Source: Opitutaceae bacterium
Lineage (GTDB): Bacteria > Verrucomicrobiota > Verrucomicrobiia > Opitutales > Coraliomargaritaceae
Length of the DNA stretch: 64,000 nucleotides
Assembly: GCA_051252375.1 (NCBI GenBank)
Contig: JBPOFY010000006.1
Location: forward strand, 64,001 to 128,000
Direction of reading: 5' to 3'
This document shows, piece after piece, positions 50,928 through 61,318 of this stretch. Positions within the stretch are counted from its first letter, which is position 1. Each line of letters opens with the position of its first letter. A model generated the notes under the pieces. The model was not told where the DNA came from. It made no database searches and saw only the letters and a list, made by a program, of their open reading frames with translations. Position numbers and translations under genes: made by a program.

Positions 50928-51224
50928 GCGCCTTCTATTTACGAGGTCCAGACCTCATGGAGACTCGCTTCGGAGCCTTTGGTCATCAGTCATTAGCCGT
51001 CCATGTTGTCGTTTTTCCATATCCCTTGAGCTGGGAATTTGTTTTGCTTTCATTTTGGCTTTTGCACGCCTAGTGTCCAAGCGCAAAGGATTGACTACCT
51101 TTGTGAAATACAGGAATAAACTAATTTGTGATAGGGCAACTATCTTGATTTTTAAATAATCAATGGGGTTCTTCCCAAGCCTGTAGGAGTAATGGAATAA
51201 ATCAGATGAATATGAATTTGGGAA

Positions 51225-52082
51225 ATGGATAAATTGAAGAGCGATTCTTTTTGGTCTCACGTAGAGGGTTCCCTTGTTATTAACCTAGATGAGCGAGAGG
51301 ACCGATGGGCTGAAGCAAAAAAGGTTTTGGAAAGTTTTATTCCGCCTGGAAAATTCGATCGCCTTTCAGCCGTGAACGGTAAGCAGATTAAGGGCTATGG
51401 TGAGAAACCTTGGTTTCGTGCGCGGAAAAAAGATTTCCGATGGGCTGGCCGTGCGGGTTGCACGCTTTCACACCGAAAAGCCTTAGAGGAAGGTCTGCGT
51501 CAGGGGTGGGAGGTTTTTCTGGTGCTCGAAGATGATATTTGTCTCCGCCAAGTTCCGGAAGATTATTTGGAGCGTTTGAATACTTTGATTTTTGATCAAG
51601 TGACCGATTGGGATATATGTTACCTTGGGTTCACATCTCCGAGGGGACCTGCGAAAACATTAGCAGAAATAAATGATGACTCGATTCTTTGTAAAATTAG
51701 GGGTGCGCGCACAACGCATGCATACCTAGTTAAAGCGCCTTTAGCCAAGTGGTTGTTGGAGAAATTACCTCGGGAAGAAAATATTTGGTCTTGGTGTGCG
51801 GGTCGGCGAATTATTGATCGCTGGTATAGCCGGCATATTAGTTCTCGTTTTAATGTCATCTGCACAAGTCCCAGTTTTATCATTCAAGCTCCAAGCTTTT
51901 CCGATTTAGTCGGGCGAGAAGCGGATAATTGGGATGAATCTGAGATGGTGAGCGATATCCCTGATACGATGCGAGATCCCAATCAGTTCCAGCTTCGCTG
52001 GTTGTTTTCCGGTCTACAATGCCGACTCTTTCACGCTTACGATATTGCCCGGGGCTGGGTGAAGCATTTACGAGGATTTTAA
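51225..52082 (+). CDS. glycosyltransferase family 25
   Basis: VINLDEREDR, GCTLSH, LVLEDD. Confidence 0.85.
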   Translation: MDKLKSDSFWSHVEGSLVINLDEREDRWAEAKKVLESFIPPGKFDRLSAVNGKQIKGYGEKPWFRARKKDFRWAGRAGCTLSHRKALEEGLRQGWEVFLVLEDDICLRQVPEDYLERLNTLIFDQVTDWDICYLGFTSPRGPAKTLAEINDDSILCKIRGARTTHAYLVKAPLAKWLLEKLPREENIWSWCAGRRIIDRWYSRHISSRFNVICTSPSFIIQAPSFSDLVGREADNWDESEMVSDIPDTMRDPNQFQLRWLFSGLQCRLFHAYDIARGWVKHLRGF

Positions 52083-52120
52083 TTAGAGCGGTGATTAGAA
52101 ATGTCGAAAAATAATGGACT

Positions 52121-53167
52121 ATGAGTGAACTCGATCAATCGCGGATTCTTGTCATTACCGTCGAGCCTGAGCGAAAAGGCTTTGGTAAGCTTTGCCCTGA
52201 TCCCAGCTTACGCGTGGGTGATTGGCAGATCATTATCAATCCATCTGGGCCAGTCATAGCAGATTTTTGGATCGTATTCGGCAACGCACGACCTTCAGAT
52301 CAAATCAAAGTGGCGCCTGAGAATACACTTCTTGTGGTTCTTGAGCCCGAGTCGAAGAAAATTTATCCTAAAGCCTATTACCGTCAGTTCAATTATGTGG
52401 TGGATACGCACGATAAATCAGGGCATCCGAACCTTTCAGTAGAGGCTCCCTGTTTCAGTTGGCATGTCGGTCTAACTCTTGGAGAGGACAAATACACACT
52501 CGGATATAAAGAGCTCTCGGGGCTAGAGTGTCCTCCTGATCGAAAGAATAAAATATCGGTCGTCTGTTCGGATGCGATGTATACGGAAGGGCAGCGGAAT
52601 CGTTTATTGTTCTTGGATGGCTTGAAGTCCCGGTTGGGTGACCGAATCGATCATTATGGAAGGGGGTTCAGCCCAATTGATGATAAGATGGATGGCATCC
52701 TTGGTTACCGTTTCCATCTAGCTCTCGAGAATTGCTGTGCACCTCATTACTGGACTGAAAAGTTAATCGATTCCTATCTAGGTTGGGCTTTCCCTGTGTA
52801 TCTGGGTTGCCCGAACCTTTCTGATTATTTTCCAATTAATGCGTATTACCAAATCGAATCAATGGACCCCGGTCGTGCTGCTGAAGCTATCATTGCTCGT
52901 CTCGAAGGACCGCCAAATCCTTTGGAGATCGAGGGGCTTTCTGAAGGGCGTTCACGTATCTTGAATCGCTACAATCCTTTTATTTGCTGGGGAGAATGGG
53001 CCACTAAATTTTATCAAGAAGACCGGTCGAAGGAATGGTATGTAGTGCATTCTCACAAAGCCTTTCGCCCTTATTTCCAAGGGCATCTGTTCCGTATTAA
53101 AAACCTACAGAAGCGTATGACTGGACCCGATAAGGAAAGGAGCTTAAATAGTGAAAAATCAGCGTAA
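52121..53167 (+). CDS. glycosyltransferase family 10 (fucosyltransferase-like)
   Basis: YRFHLALEN..YWTEKL. Confidence 0.85.
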   Translation: MSELDQSRILVITVEPERKGFGKLCPDPSLRVGDWQIIINPSGPVIADFWIVFGNARPSDQIKVAPENTLLVVLEPESKKIYPKAYYRQFNYVVDTHDKSGHPNLSVEAPCFSWHVGLTLGEDKYTLGYKELSGLECPPDRKNKISVVCSDAMYTEGQRNRLLFLDGLKSRLGDRIDHYGRGFSPIDDKMDGILGYRFHLALENCCAPHYWTEKLIDSYLGWAFPVYLGCPNLSDYFPINAYYQIESMDPGRAAEAIIARLEGPPNPLEIEGLSEGRSRILNRYNPFICWGEWATKFYQEDRSKEWYVVHSHKAFRPYFQGHLFRIKNLQKRMTGPDKERSLNSEKSA

Positions 53168-54023
53168 GATCATTTCAATAATCAAGGGTGGTTTAGGTAA
53201 TCAGCTGTTTATTTATGCAGCGGGGAAGGCATTCGCCGAGAGGAATAATGCACACCATTATATTGATATGAAACGAGGCTACACTCATGACTCTTATGGT
53301 CGTAGGTTTTTGCTCGATCGTTTTCCGATTCAGTCATCCATAATGCCAGAGGAACTGCGTATTGCGCCAACGCTTAAGCATATCAGGCATAAGATTTATC
53401 GGAGCGCCAACAAGTTACTCCCGCCTAATCGTAGGTCTTACTTAGCAGAGAGTCATGGTATGGACCCAGATGTATTTAATACCTGCGAACCGAAGGCTTC
53501 TCTTATCTATCTCAATGGTAACTGGAATGATGAGAAGTTTTTTGAGCGATATTCGGATTTGATCCGAAGAGATTTGAAGCTTCCAGAACCACTATCCGCG
53601 ACAAACCGTGCCCTTGGCGCTGATTTACGGTCGAATAAACAGGCAGTATTTATTCATATTCGAAGGGTGCGTTATGCGACTAAACTCACTACTGATTACT
53701 ATCAAACGGCCATTGAAGCTATCATGCGTGAGTTACAACAGCCATTGTTCGTTGTGTTTGCTGATGATATGGCTTGGGCTAAGCAAAATCTGCCTAAATG
53801 TGCAAAATACACTTGGGTTGATGAGAACGCGAATGATGAAATGGCAGACATGTGGTTGATGTCATGCTGCCAGCATGGCATAACTGCTAATAGTGGATTT
53901 AGTTGGTGGGGTGCGTGGCTTGGACCAGCAGAGGCTCAAGAGCGTATTGTCTATGCTCCTGATAGCCCCGAGTGGCACATGCGTCCAGCTCGTGGCTGGA
54001 GGACTTTAACATTCGAAGTTTAA
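53151..54023 (+). CDS. alpha-1,2-fucosyltransferase (GT11)
   Basis: GGLGNQLF, IHIRR, NSGFSWWGAWL. Confidence 0.9.
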   Translation: MKNQRKIISIIKGGLGNQLFIYAAGKAFAERNNAHHYIDMKRGYTHDSYGRRFLLDRFPIQSSIMPEELRIAPTLKHIRHKIYRSANKLLPPNRRSYLAESHGMDPDVFNTCEPKASLIYLNGNWNDEKFFERYSDLIRRDLKLPEPLSATNRALGADLRSNKQAVFIHIRRVRYATKLTTDYYQTAIEAIMRELQQPLFVVFADDMAWAKQNLPKCAKYTWVDENANDEMADMWLMSCCQHGITANSGFSWWGAWLGPAEAQERIVYAPDSPEWHMRPARGWRTLTFEV

Positions 54024-55786
54024 AGCTGTCCTTTAAGTCGGTATAATCCCTTCTCGGTTACGATTGCATCCACACGGTCGTCTAGGAGTGCCCTTGAGCA
54101 CTCTTCAGGAGTATTGATGATCGGCTCTTCATGAACATTGAAGCTTGTATTGATCAACACAGGCAATCCAGTGCTTTCTTTGAATGCAGTGAGTATATCG
54201 TAGTAAAGTTCATTGTCCTCACGTGAAATAATCTGAGGTCTTGCCGTATTGTCGATATGCACGACTGCAGGAATCTTATCTTTCCATTCGTCTTTAACAG
54301 TGCATGTGATCGTCATGAACTTCGCAGGGTAGATAAATGATTTTGGTAGATTGAAAACCTCTTGAGCATCAATGTCTCGGATGTAGGGGGCGAAGGGCAT
54401 GAACTCGCTACGTTCCATACGTAGATTGAGACTGTTATTAATCTCTTTGTCATGCGGAGATGCTAAGACTGACCGGGCGCCCAAGGCGCGCGGTCCAAAT
54501 TCCATTCCAAGGTTGTAGATCGCAACCGCATCACCTTTTTTGAGTGCTTCAACTGTCAATGGTATCGGATCTCCTGCTTCTTTAATGATTTCTTCGCAGT
54601 CCGAAAAATGGCGGTCAATGTCTCCGTTGAAGTTTTTTGCCAAATAGAGATTCCGACACTCGTCTCGGTGTTGGAGCCACTCTTTTAGACCATCATTTTC
54701 TAAAAGAAATTGTAATACGCCACCAGTGCTGAGTCCTGCATCGCTCATAGCTGGATATATGAAAAGTCGATCAATAGGGCACTCTTCAGCAATCACCTGG
54801 TTCAGTCGGACATTTGCGAAAAGACCACCAGATAGACCTACATTTTTGGTGGGATACTTTTGGAGCAATCGGTTGATGCTTTGAGGCACAAAGACGTGAA
54901 GCAACTCTTGAAAGCTTGCAGCTACATTCTCGGGAGCTACCCCTTTGCAAATGTCGAAAATGTAATCCTGCATTTCACCATGTGAGCGAAAGCTACTAAC
55001 AATTTGCCCGTCTTCTTGGACAGAAAATTTCCCGCAGAGCTCATCTAGGAGAGTTGGTTTCCCCGAGGCTGCAAGTCCCGTAAGCTTACCCTCATGCCTA
55101 TTCATCTTGTAGCCTAGAGCTATAGTTGCAGTTCCATAGGCGAGGGCTAGGCTAGAGGATGGTGATTCTTTCATGAGCCATTCCTCTCCGCCAAAGTCGT
55201 GGATTATTTGCTCTCCATCGAAGTAGCGGAAGCTGTAAAATCCGGTGTCACCACCTCCATCGGCGCTGTAAAGTAAGCCGTTTTGCCATTCTGGGTTATG
55301 AAATAGGCATGGAAGTACGTGTGCGTAGTGATGGTCGTAGAAGGCTAGTGAAGCTTCTTTGCTGAAGCCGTTATCTAACAGAAATTGATCAGTTTTAAAA
55401 ATACTGAGGACATCATTTGTGTTCGCGCGTCTGCATTCCTTTGTGCTTGTTAGGATATGTTTTTTGCCAACTACTTTTCGGATGGATGATTCGAACCAGC
55501 GTTTAAACCTGTAAGAGAGATTGCATTTCGAAAAATCAAACCATTCGTAGGGGAATCGGTTTCGCGATAGGCATATGTGAGTGATGTCTGACTTTTTGAG
55601 ATTAGCAATACGCAGAACTTCATCGATCGCCTCGTGCGGAATTCTGTCACCGTCCGTCTTGATCCGTGTAATGCGTTCAAGTTGAACTGCGGCCAGTAAT
55701 TTGTAATTCTCATAAATGCAAGCGCTGCCGTCGTGTCGGGCTGCTGCGATTCCCAGAATGAGACGCTTGTTTTCAGTTTTATCCAT
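54020..55786 (-). CDS. O-carbamoyltransferase (NodU/CmcH family)
   Basis: HDGSAC, HHYAH, EGKLTGLA, EFGPRALG, INTSFN. Confidence 0.92.
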   Translation of the reverse strand: MDKTENKRLILGIAAARHDGSACIYENYKLLAAVQLERITRIKTDGDRIPHEAIDEVLRIANLKKSDITHICLSRNRFPYEWFDFSKCNLSYRFKRWFESSIRKVVGKKHILTSTKECRRANTNDVLSIFKTDQFLLDNGFSKEASLAFYDHHYAHVLPCLFHNPEWQNGLLYSADGGGDTGFYSFRYFDGEQIIHDFGGEEWLMKESPSSSLALAYGTATIALGYKMNRHEGKLTGLAASGKPTLLDELCGKFSVQEDGQIVSSFRSHGEMQDYIFDICKGVAPENVAASFQELLHVFVPQSINRLLQKYPTKNVGLSGGLFANVRLNQVIAEECPIDRLFIYPAMSDAGLSTGGVLQFLLENDGLKEWLQHRDECRNLYLAKNFNGDIDRHFSDCEEIIKEAGDPIPLTVEALKKGDAVAIYNLGMEFGPRALGARSVLASPHDKEINNSLNLRMERSEFMPFAPYIRDIDAQEVFNLPKSFIYPAKFMTITCTVKDEWKDKIPAVVHIDNTARPQIISREDNELYYDILTAFKESTGLPVLINTSFNVHEEPIINTPEECSRALLDDRVDAIVTEKGLYRLKGQL

Positions 55787-55955
55787 AGTTTCGAGGCGAA
55801 TTGTCTTTTAGAATACCCATCTTTCGAGATTGGTGGTTACTATTTGTTGAATGCGGTAGTCAGGTTTTCGAGCCTTTAGGATCGATCGGTTTCGGTTTTG
55901 ATTAAAGAGAAAAATACACGCGATTATTTGTCTGTCAGTATCTAAAGGATGAATG

Positions 55956-56957
55956 TTACCGAGAGCGCCGGAGGTGTCGCTTTAGGCTCCAAGTGATATG
56001 ATTCAACCCATCGCTGGGTTTCTGTAGGCGCATTTGCTTGCGACCATAAACGGGACGTCCTGAGGGTGAATTGCTTGATTGATAATTTTGATCGACCAGT
56101 TTCCCAATCATGAAAAGTAGATTGTAATCGTGCAAAACTCGATGTCTCGCTTCGCGAAGTGAGTCGATTCTGGACGTGTAGAATCTGTCATCTTCTATAA
56201 TTGAGCGAATTTTGGCGAGGGACTCCTCGGGTTTGAATATGTCGATCTCGAGAAAGCTATCCGCTGGGAAGTAATCCTCGAGATTGGTGCAGCCATAATA
56301 AATGGGGAACGCACCACTTAGGAATGGGTCCGCGAGTTTCTCCGTCCAATGATGTGGCCCGACATAATTTTCAATGGCAAGATGGAAGCGAAATGGATCG
56401 AGGGCCTCAAATTTATGTTCAATGTGACGGGCACCGTGACCATAGATCTCGATTTCCGGGATCTGAGACTTGAGCCAGTGAGAAAAATCGTGGCGATTCT
56501 TGTGCAGTGTGTATTTCTGTTGCTTGGTCGAGCAGACGGTCGAAAAAGTCTTCGTCTTTTCTGGGAATGCTGGGCAATTGAGTTCTTCAAAAGTGTGGTC
56601 GTTGAACCAGAAGTTGCCCGTATGGCTATAAATACGTTTAGGGTGGTCTAGTGCCTGAGGAGGTTGCGACGTCAATACGTGCTCAAACTGGGCGCAAAAT
56701 GCCGTGCCGTAATTGGTGATACTATCTGGTTCCGTAGTGACGAGCAGGGTGTGTTCATCCGCGCAGCCAAGCAGCTCGGGGGCAGCCTTGAGAGTGCGGG
56801 AAATGTCGTCAATTACGACAAGCCAGTCGTAATTGGGATCTTTTGCGCTCCAGATAAATTCCACCCGGTCAAGCAATGGGTGTGATTTGGGAAGCTGTCG
56901 GCTCCAAGATCGGCTATCGGAACCACGCGCGATAATTTTTACCCGTATTTTTTTCAT
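55956..56957 (-). CDS. glycosyltransferase family 10
   Basis: FRFHLAIEN..HWTEKLAD. Confidence 0.85.
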   Translation of the reverse strand: MKKIRVKIIARGSDSRSWSRQLPKSHPLLDRVEFIWSAKDPNYDWLVVIDDISRTLKAAPELLGCADEHTLLVTTEPDSITNYGTAFCAQFEHVLTSQPPQALDHPKRIYSHTGNFWFNDHTFEELNCPAFPEKTKTFSTVCSTKQQKYTLHKNRHDFSHWLKSQIPEIEIYGHGARHIEHKFEALDPFRFHLAIENYVGPHHWTEKLADPFLSGAFPIYYGCTNLEDYFPADSFLEIDIFKPEESLAKIRSIIEDDRFYTSRIDSLREARHRVLHDYNLLFMIGKLVDQNYQSSNSPSGRPVYGRKQMRLQKPSDGLNHITWSLKRHLRRSR

Positions 56958-56966
56958 GTGAACAGC

Positions 56967-57734
56967 TCACTCAGTCCAAAAATGATCAATCCAAGGCGAG
57001 GGGCGGGTGTGGTGATGCAGTTTCTTGCCCTTGAAACCGTCGACGGCTTCTTCTGGATCAGGACGTCCATGAAAGACAAGTATACGGCAGTCCTGTGGTT
57101 GCTTGGGGCTAATCAATAAGTTAAGTGGGAAAGGTGGTCGGCAATGCCACTTGAAGCTACGACACCAAGCTTCCGGCCACCAACTGACTTCGCGCATGGC
57201 GTGCGTCATAAAAGCTTGCTCGGTATTAAAAATTTTGAGGTTTTCCGCCTGCGCCATTTCCTTGATGAATGTTTCAAAAATATAATTTGATGAACCCGCT
57301 TCAAATCTGAAAACAGACGAATTGCCGACGAGTGGGCGGCGCCCTGTGATCATCTTTCGGAGATTAACCCAATTGCGGATAATGCAGTTTTTTCCTTTCT
57401 CATAGTCGAAGAAAGGGTCAAGAGAATCCAAGATCACCATGTCTAGGTCGAGAAAGAGAGTTGGCCCTTGCAGCCCACCTAAACCGTCTTCAGTCAGCAT
57501 CAGTTTTACCAATACATCTGGCCAGCCGCGCTGAATGCCGGGGTTCTCTGGGAATGGTATTGTATTAACCTCTGGCGCAAGATCGGTAGGGTCATCCGTG
57601 CAGCAATGAAATAGAAAGGGGCGCTTTAGGTGACGCTTCACGCCCGCGTAGAGCTTGTTGACGTAGCTTGCGGGATAACGGGTTCCGTATTTAAGACAAA
57701 TTACGTTAACTGGCTGTTCGGTAGAGGAATTCAC
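56967..57734 (-). CDS. glycosyltransferase (GT-A fold)
   Basis: CLKYGTRY, FLDLD, NSSVFRF, VFHGRPDP. Confidence 0.8.
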   Translation of the reverse strand: MNSSTEQPVNVICLKYGTRYPASYVNKLYAGVKRHLKRPFLFHCCTDDPTDLAPEVNTIPFPENPGIQRGWPDVLVKLMLTEDGLGGLQGPTLFLDLDMVILDSLDPFFDYEKGKNCIIRNWVNLRKMITGRRPLVGNSSVFRFEAGSSNYIFETFIKEMAQAENLKIFNTEQAFMTHAMREVSWWPEAWCRSFKWHCRPPFPLNLLISPKQPQDCRILVFHGRPDPEEAVDGFKGKKLHHHTRPSPWIDHFWTE

Positions 57735-57772
57735 TTTATTTATAATGGAATGGAGTGTCAGAAATGTTTAGC

Positions 57773-59074
57773 TTAAGCTTTATAGTAGCTAGAAGGATGA
57801 TTTTGTATGCAATTTCTCGTGTCGACTATTGGGCATTTGAAGTCGGAGAAATCGTAAGTGCGATATCCCGCATGATCCGTTGCCAGTAGGATTAAGTCGT
57901 AACCGTCGTGGATATCGCTGGAGGTCCTGCCGGCAAGTTGTGGGTGTTCGCGAGTCTTGCGAATCACTGGAATGTGTGGGTCATTGTATGCGACTGTTGC
58001 GCCAAGCGCTTCGAGCTTTTCGATGAGCACATAGGTGGGCGATTCGCGGTCGTCATCGACATTAGGTTTATAGGCTAATCCCAGAACTAGGATGTTGGAT
58101 CCTTTGACTGCTTTGGAGTTTTCGTTGAGTGCTCGCATGCAGACTTCGACTACGTGTTGTGGCATCGAGGTATTGATTTCTCCTGCGAGTTCAATGAAGC
58201 GGGTATTGAGACCAAATTCACGGGCTTTCCATGTGAGATAGAATGGATCGATTGGTATGCAATGACCTCCGAGTCCTGGTCCCGGATAGAACGGCATGAA
58301 GCCGAAGGGCTTTGTTTTAGCTGCTGCGATGACGTCCCAGATATCAATACCCATGGAGCCATAGATGATTTTGAGCTCGTTGACTAAAGCGATATTGACC
58401 GAGCGAAAGATATTTTCGAGCAGTTTGGCGGCTTCAGCTACTTTACAACTGTCGACGGGAACGATGGTTTGGATCGCATTGCTGTAAATCGCAACTGCCT
58501 TGTCTCTACATTGAGGAGTGAGACCGCCGACTAGTTTTGGTATACGCTCAACTTTACTGTCAGGGTTGCTGGGGTCTTCACGTTCCGGTGAATAGGCGAG
58601 ATGGAAATCGACACCGGCAGTTTTACCAGAGCCATCTTCGATCACTTTGCGAAGGTCGATTTCCGTGGTGCCTGGGTAGGTTGTGGATTCTAGGCAGACG
58701 ACCGTGCCTTGCTTGAGGTGCGGGGCTAAGGATGCGCCTGTTTCAAGCACATAGGAGAGGTCGGGCTCTCGGTGCTGGTTGAGCGGAGTCGGCACACAGA
58801 GAATGATCGCGTCACATTCATTTGCCTTGGAGAAATCAGTTGTGGCGAGGAACTGTCCGCTCTGGCTTAGGTCCTTGATTAGGTCGCCATCGATGTGCCC
58901 GATGTAGGATTTGCCCGCGTTAAGTGAATCAATTTTGCTCGGGTCGACATCGATTCCTACAATACTTAAACCTGCTTTGGAAAATTGAATGGCTAGTGGT
59001 AGCCCGACATAGCCAAGTCCGACTATGGCTATTGTAGGTTTTGATTGATCGGTCTGGGGTGGTGCGAGATCCAT
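57773..59074 (-). CDS. nucleotide-sugar (UDP-GlcNAc-type) 6-dehydrogenase
   Basis: GLGYVGLP, CVPTP, ESTTYPG, SPER, GGHC. Confidence 0.92.
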   Translation of the reverse strand: MDLAPPQTDQSKPTIAIVGLGYVGLPLAIQFSKAGLSIVGIDVDPSKIDSLNAGKSYIGHIDGDLIKDLSQSGQFLATTDFSKANECDAIILCVPTPLNQHREPDLSYVLETGASLAPHLKQGTVVCLESTTYPGTTEIDLRKVIEDGSGKTAGVDFHLAYSPEREDPSNPDSKVERIPKLVGGLTPQCRDKAVAIYSNAIQTIVPVDSCKVAEAAKLLENIFRSVNIALVNELKIIYGSMGIDIWDVIAAAKTKPFGFMPFYPGPGLGGHCIPIDPFYLTWKAREFGLNTRFIELAGEINTSMPQHVVEVCMRALNENSKAVKGSNILVLGLAYKPNVDDDRESPTYVLIEKLEALGATVAYNDPHIPVIRKTREHPQLAGRTSSDIHDGYDLILLATDHAGYRTYDFSDFKCPIVDTRNCIQNHPSSYYKA

Positions 59075-59155
59075 GGTTTGGAGTGTGGGAGGCACATATC
59101 TGGTGCCAAGCATAATGTTAAAGACCTTGTTTTCTAAGCAACGTTTGGCGTCGAA

Positions 59156-60268
59156 TTATGCACGAGTTGCCGCGGAAAGTTTAAGGTATTCACTTATAGT
59201 CGCATCGAGCATGCGGCTTAGTGTGAATGGTGCATCAATCGCTGGTTCGCGTGCTTCAGCGTCGGATTCCCATTGTTGGATTAGGGAGATGATGGGTTGC
59301 GGGTTTCCGGTCTCCACTTTTCCCTGAGGGAAAAGTTTATCCAGAATTTCTCCTACGCCACCATGTTGATAACCGATGACTGGTGTGCCGAGCGAAAGTG
59401 CTTCGAGTGTGGTTCTGCCAAAGGACTCAGGCTGCTGGGTGAGTGAAAGGACAATGTTCGAGTGCGAGAGCACTTCTTTGAGGTCTGAGCGATGCCCAGT
59501 AAATGTTACGTGTGACCCGAGTCCCAACGCGTGGGCTCTCTCTTTGATCTCGGCGAGATAGTCTTGCTTCTTGGGGTGTGCGCCACCGGCGATGATGCCG
59601 TGATAGCCATGATCTTTCAGTGCGTTTACAATTTGTAGGAAATCATCGTGTCCTTTTAGGCGTGTGATTCTTCCCGGTAGTGTGAGGAGTTTCTTGCCGC
59701 TTGTTTCAGGGAAGTCCGCGTGCCATTTGTCGAGCCACTCGGGTGCCGGTTTGAACGATGGGTTGTATTCGGTGGGGTCGATTCCACGGTGAATGACAAC
59801 TAGTTTGTGACTGTCCGTGCTTGGATAGTTCTTTTGGACGAATGACTTTACGCTGTTGGACACGCAGATGACGCGTTCACCGCAGGTCATGATTTTTGAA
59901 TAGGCATTCACTGAGTTGAAGCCGTGGACGGTGGTGACTAAGCGCGGACGTGTTTGTGGGTCCATCTTACGCCAGGCAAGGTAGGCGAGCCAGGCGGGGA
60001 GTCGTGAGCGTAGGTGAATGATGTCTGGCTTTTCGGTTTCGAACAGTCGGCGTAGCACTTTGACCTGTTTTAGCGAGCTCAGGCGTTTTTTGTGAACGGG
60101 CAGGGTGATGTGGCGACTGCCTTCGGCTTCGAGTTGCTCTACCTGACGGCCTCCATTGGAGATGACGATGGATTCATGCCCTTGTTCAACGAGAAATTTT
60201 CCGACTTCGAGAGTGCCGCGTTCGACGCCTCCTGCATTGAGTTCGGGTAGTATTTGTATGACTTTCAT
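59156..60268 (-). CDS. glycosyltransferase family 4
   Basis: [17 protein letters not shown]. Confidence 0.9.
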   Translation of the reverse strand: MKVIQILPELNAGGVERGTLEVGKFLVEQGHESIVISNGGRQVEQLEAEGSRHITLPVHKKRLSSLKQVKVLRRLFETEKPDIIHLRSRLPAWLAYLAWRKMDPQTRPRLVTTVHGFNSVNAYSKIMTCGERVICVSNSVKSFVQKNYPSTDSHKLVVIHRGIDPTEYNPSFKPAPEWLDKWHADFPETSGKKLLTLPGRITRLKGHDDFLQIVNALKDHGYHGIIAGGAHPKKQDYLAEIKERAHALGLGSHVTFTGHRSDLKEVLSHSNIVLSLTQQPESFGRTTLEALSLGTPVIGYQHGGVGEILDKLFPQGKVETGNPQPIISLIQQWESDAEAREPAIDAPFTLSRMLDATISEYLKLSAATRA

Positions 60269-60283
60269 TGCGAGATTGTTTGC

Positions 60284-61198
60284 CTACTGGAAGTATCTAG
60301 CTGCGAGATATTTGGCGATACGTTCGGCTTCGTTGAGTGCGGGGGGATTTTTGAATTCGTTCAAATCTGCTTGGGCTGCGGTAAAAGGTAAGAGGTATGC
60401 CTCTTTGATCAGTCCATCTAAGCCAGTGAGGACTCTTGATTTGCCGGTTTTTCTGATGCCGAGAAGTAGCCCGACTTTTGCGCCGGAGCTGAGTGCTTCG
60501 TAAACCATGGAAACGCTGTCTTCGGTGGCCCAAACGAGTGATGCCGTAGCCAGTGTTTCAGGGAGCCATGTTTCACTGGTATTATCAACGGGGATGACTG
60601 TGAGTCTTGGGTGATCGATGGCTTGAAGTTTTGTCGTGGTGCTTTCGGGTGTTCGACGCGAAGTGGTCAGGGTCCATTTTGTCGCTTCTTCGGTATCTAA
60701 TATCGTGTTGATCTGTTCGAGCAGTTTCGTCTCGTCCCAATCATGGTGCTGCGAGGGACCGCCGACGAGGAACAGTCCGCTTGAGAGATCTTTCGTGTCG
60801 CTGGGGCGAATGCGGTTCATCGCGCCTTTGGTAGTTAGAATATTGGCACCTTTTCGATTGTCGTGCTCGGGCACGATGCAGAGGTCGAAGAGCTTGGTGA
60901 GACCGCGCGGTGGTGCCATGATGACGATGGTCGGCGTATCAGTGGCGCGACCCGCGGCAAGTATGGTGGAATGCGTGCGGCTGCCGGTGCCGATGATCAG
61001 GTCCGGTTTGCTCTGTTCCTTGGCAAATGGGAACTGTCCTTTGAACGCGTGGAGCCATGAAGCTTTATGTTCGGCGAGGTCAATTTTGACGGTTTTGACG
61101 TCTAAATGTTGCGACAAAGCGTCGATGAGGCCTGCGCTTTGATTTTCATGTCCGCGCTTCCCGTCTGATATTTGCCAAATGATTTTTGCTTCTGCCAT
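60284..61198 (-). CDS. ELM1/GtrOC1-family protein
   Basis: SDGKRGHENQ, IVPEHD, TTSRRTP, TEDSVSMVYEA. Confidence 0.85.
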   Translation of the reverse strand: MAEAKIIWQISDGKRGHENQSAGLIDALSQHLDVKTVKIDLAEHKASWLHAFKGQFPFAKEQSKPDLIIGTGSRTHSTILAAGRATDTPTIVIMAPPRGLTKLFDLCIVPEHDNRKGANILTTKGAMNRIRPSDTKDLSSGLFLVGGPSQHHDWDETKLLEQINTILDTEEATKWTLTTSRRTPESTTTKLQAIDHPRLTVIPVDNTSETWLPETLATASLVWATEDSVSMVYEALSSGAKVGLLLGIRKTGKSRVLTGLDGLIKEAYLLPFTAAQADLNEFKNPPALNEAERIAKYLAARYFQ

Positions 61199-61318
61199 TT
61201 ACTCTTTTGCTAACATTTACGGTATGCGGAGTTTTCACCAGTCAAAAAAGGAATATGGGTTTTTGGTCATTTGATGCTCGTCTCTGCGCTAGGAGTGGGT
61301 TTCGTGTGAAGGATTGCG

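Noticed and set aside
50920..51260. Short ORFs between the methyltransferase and GT25 genes
   Set aside because: No recognisable motifs and they overlap neighbours; likely spurious
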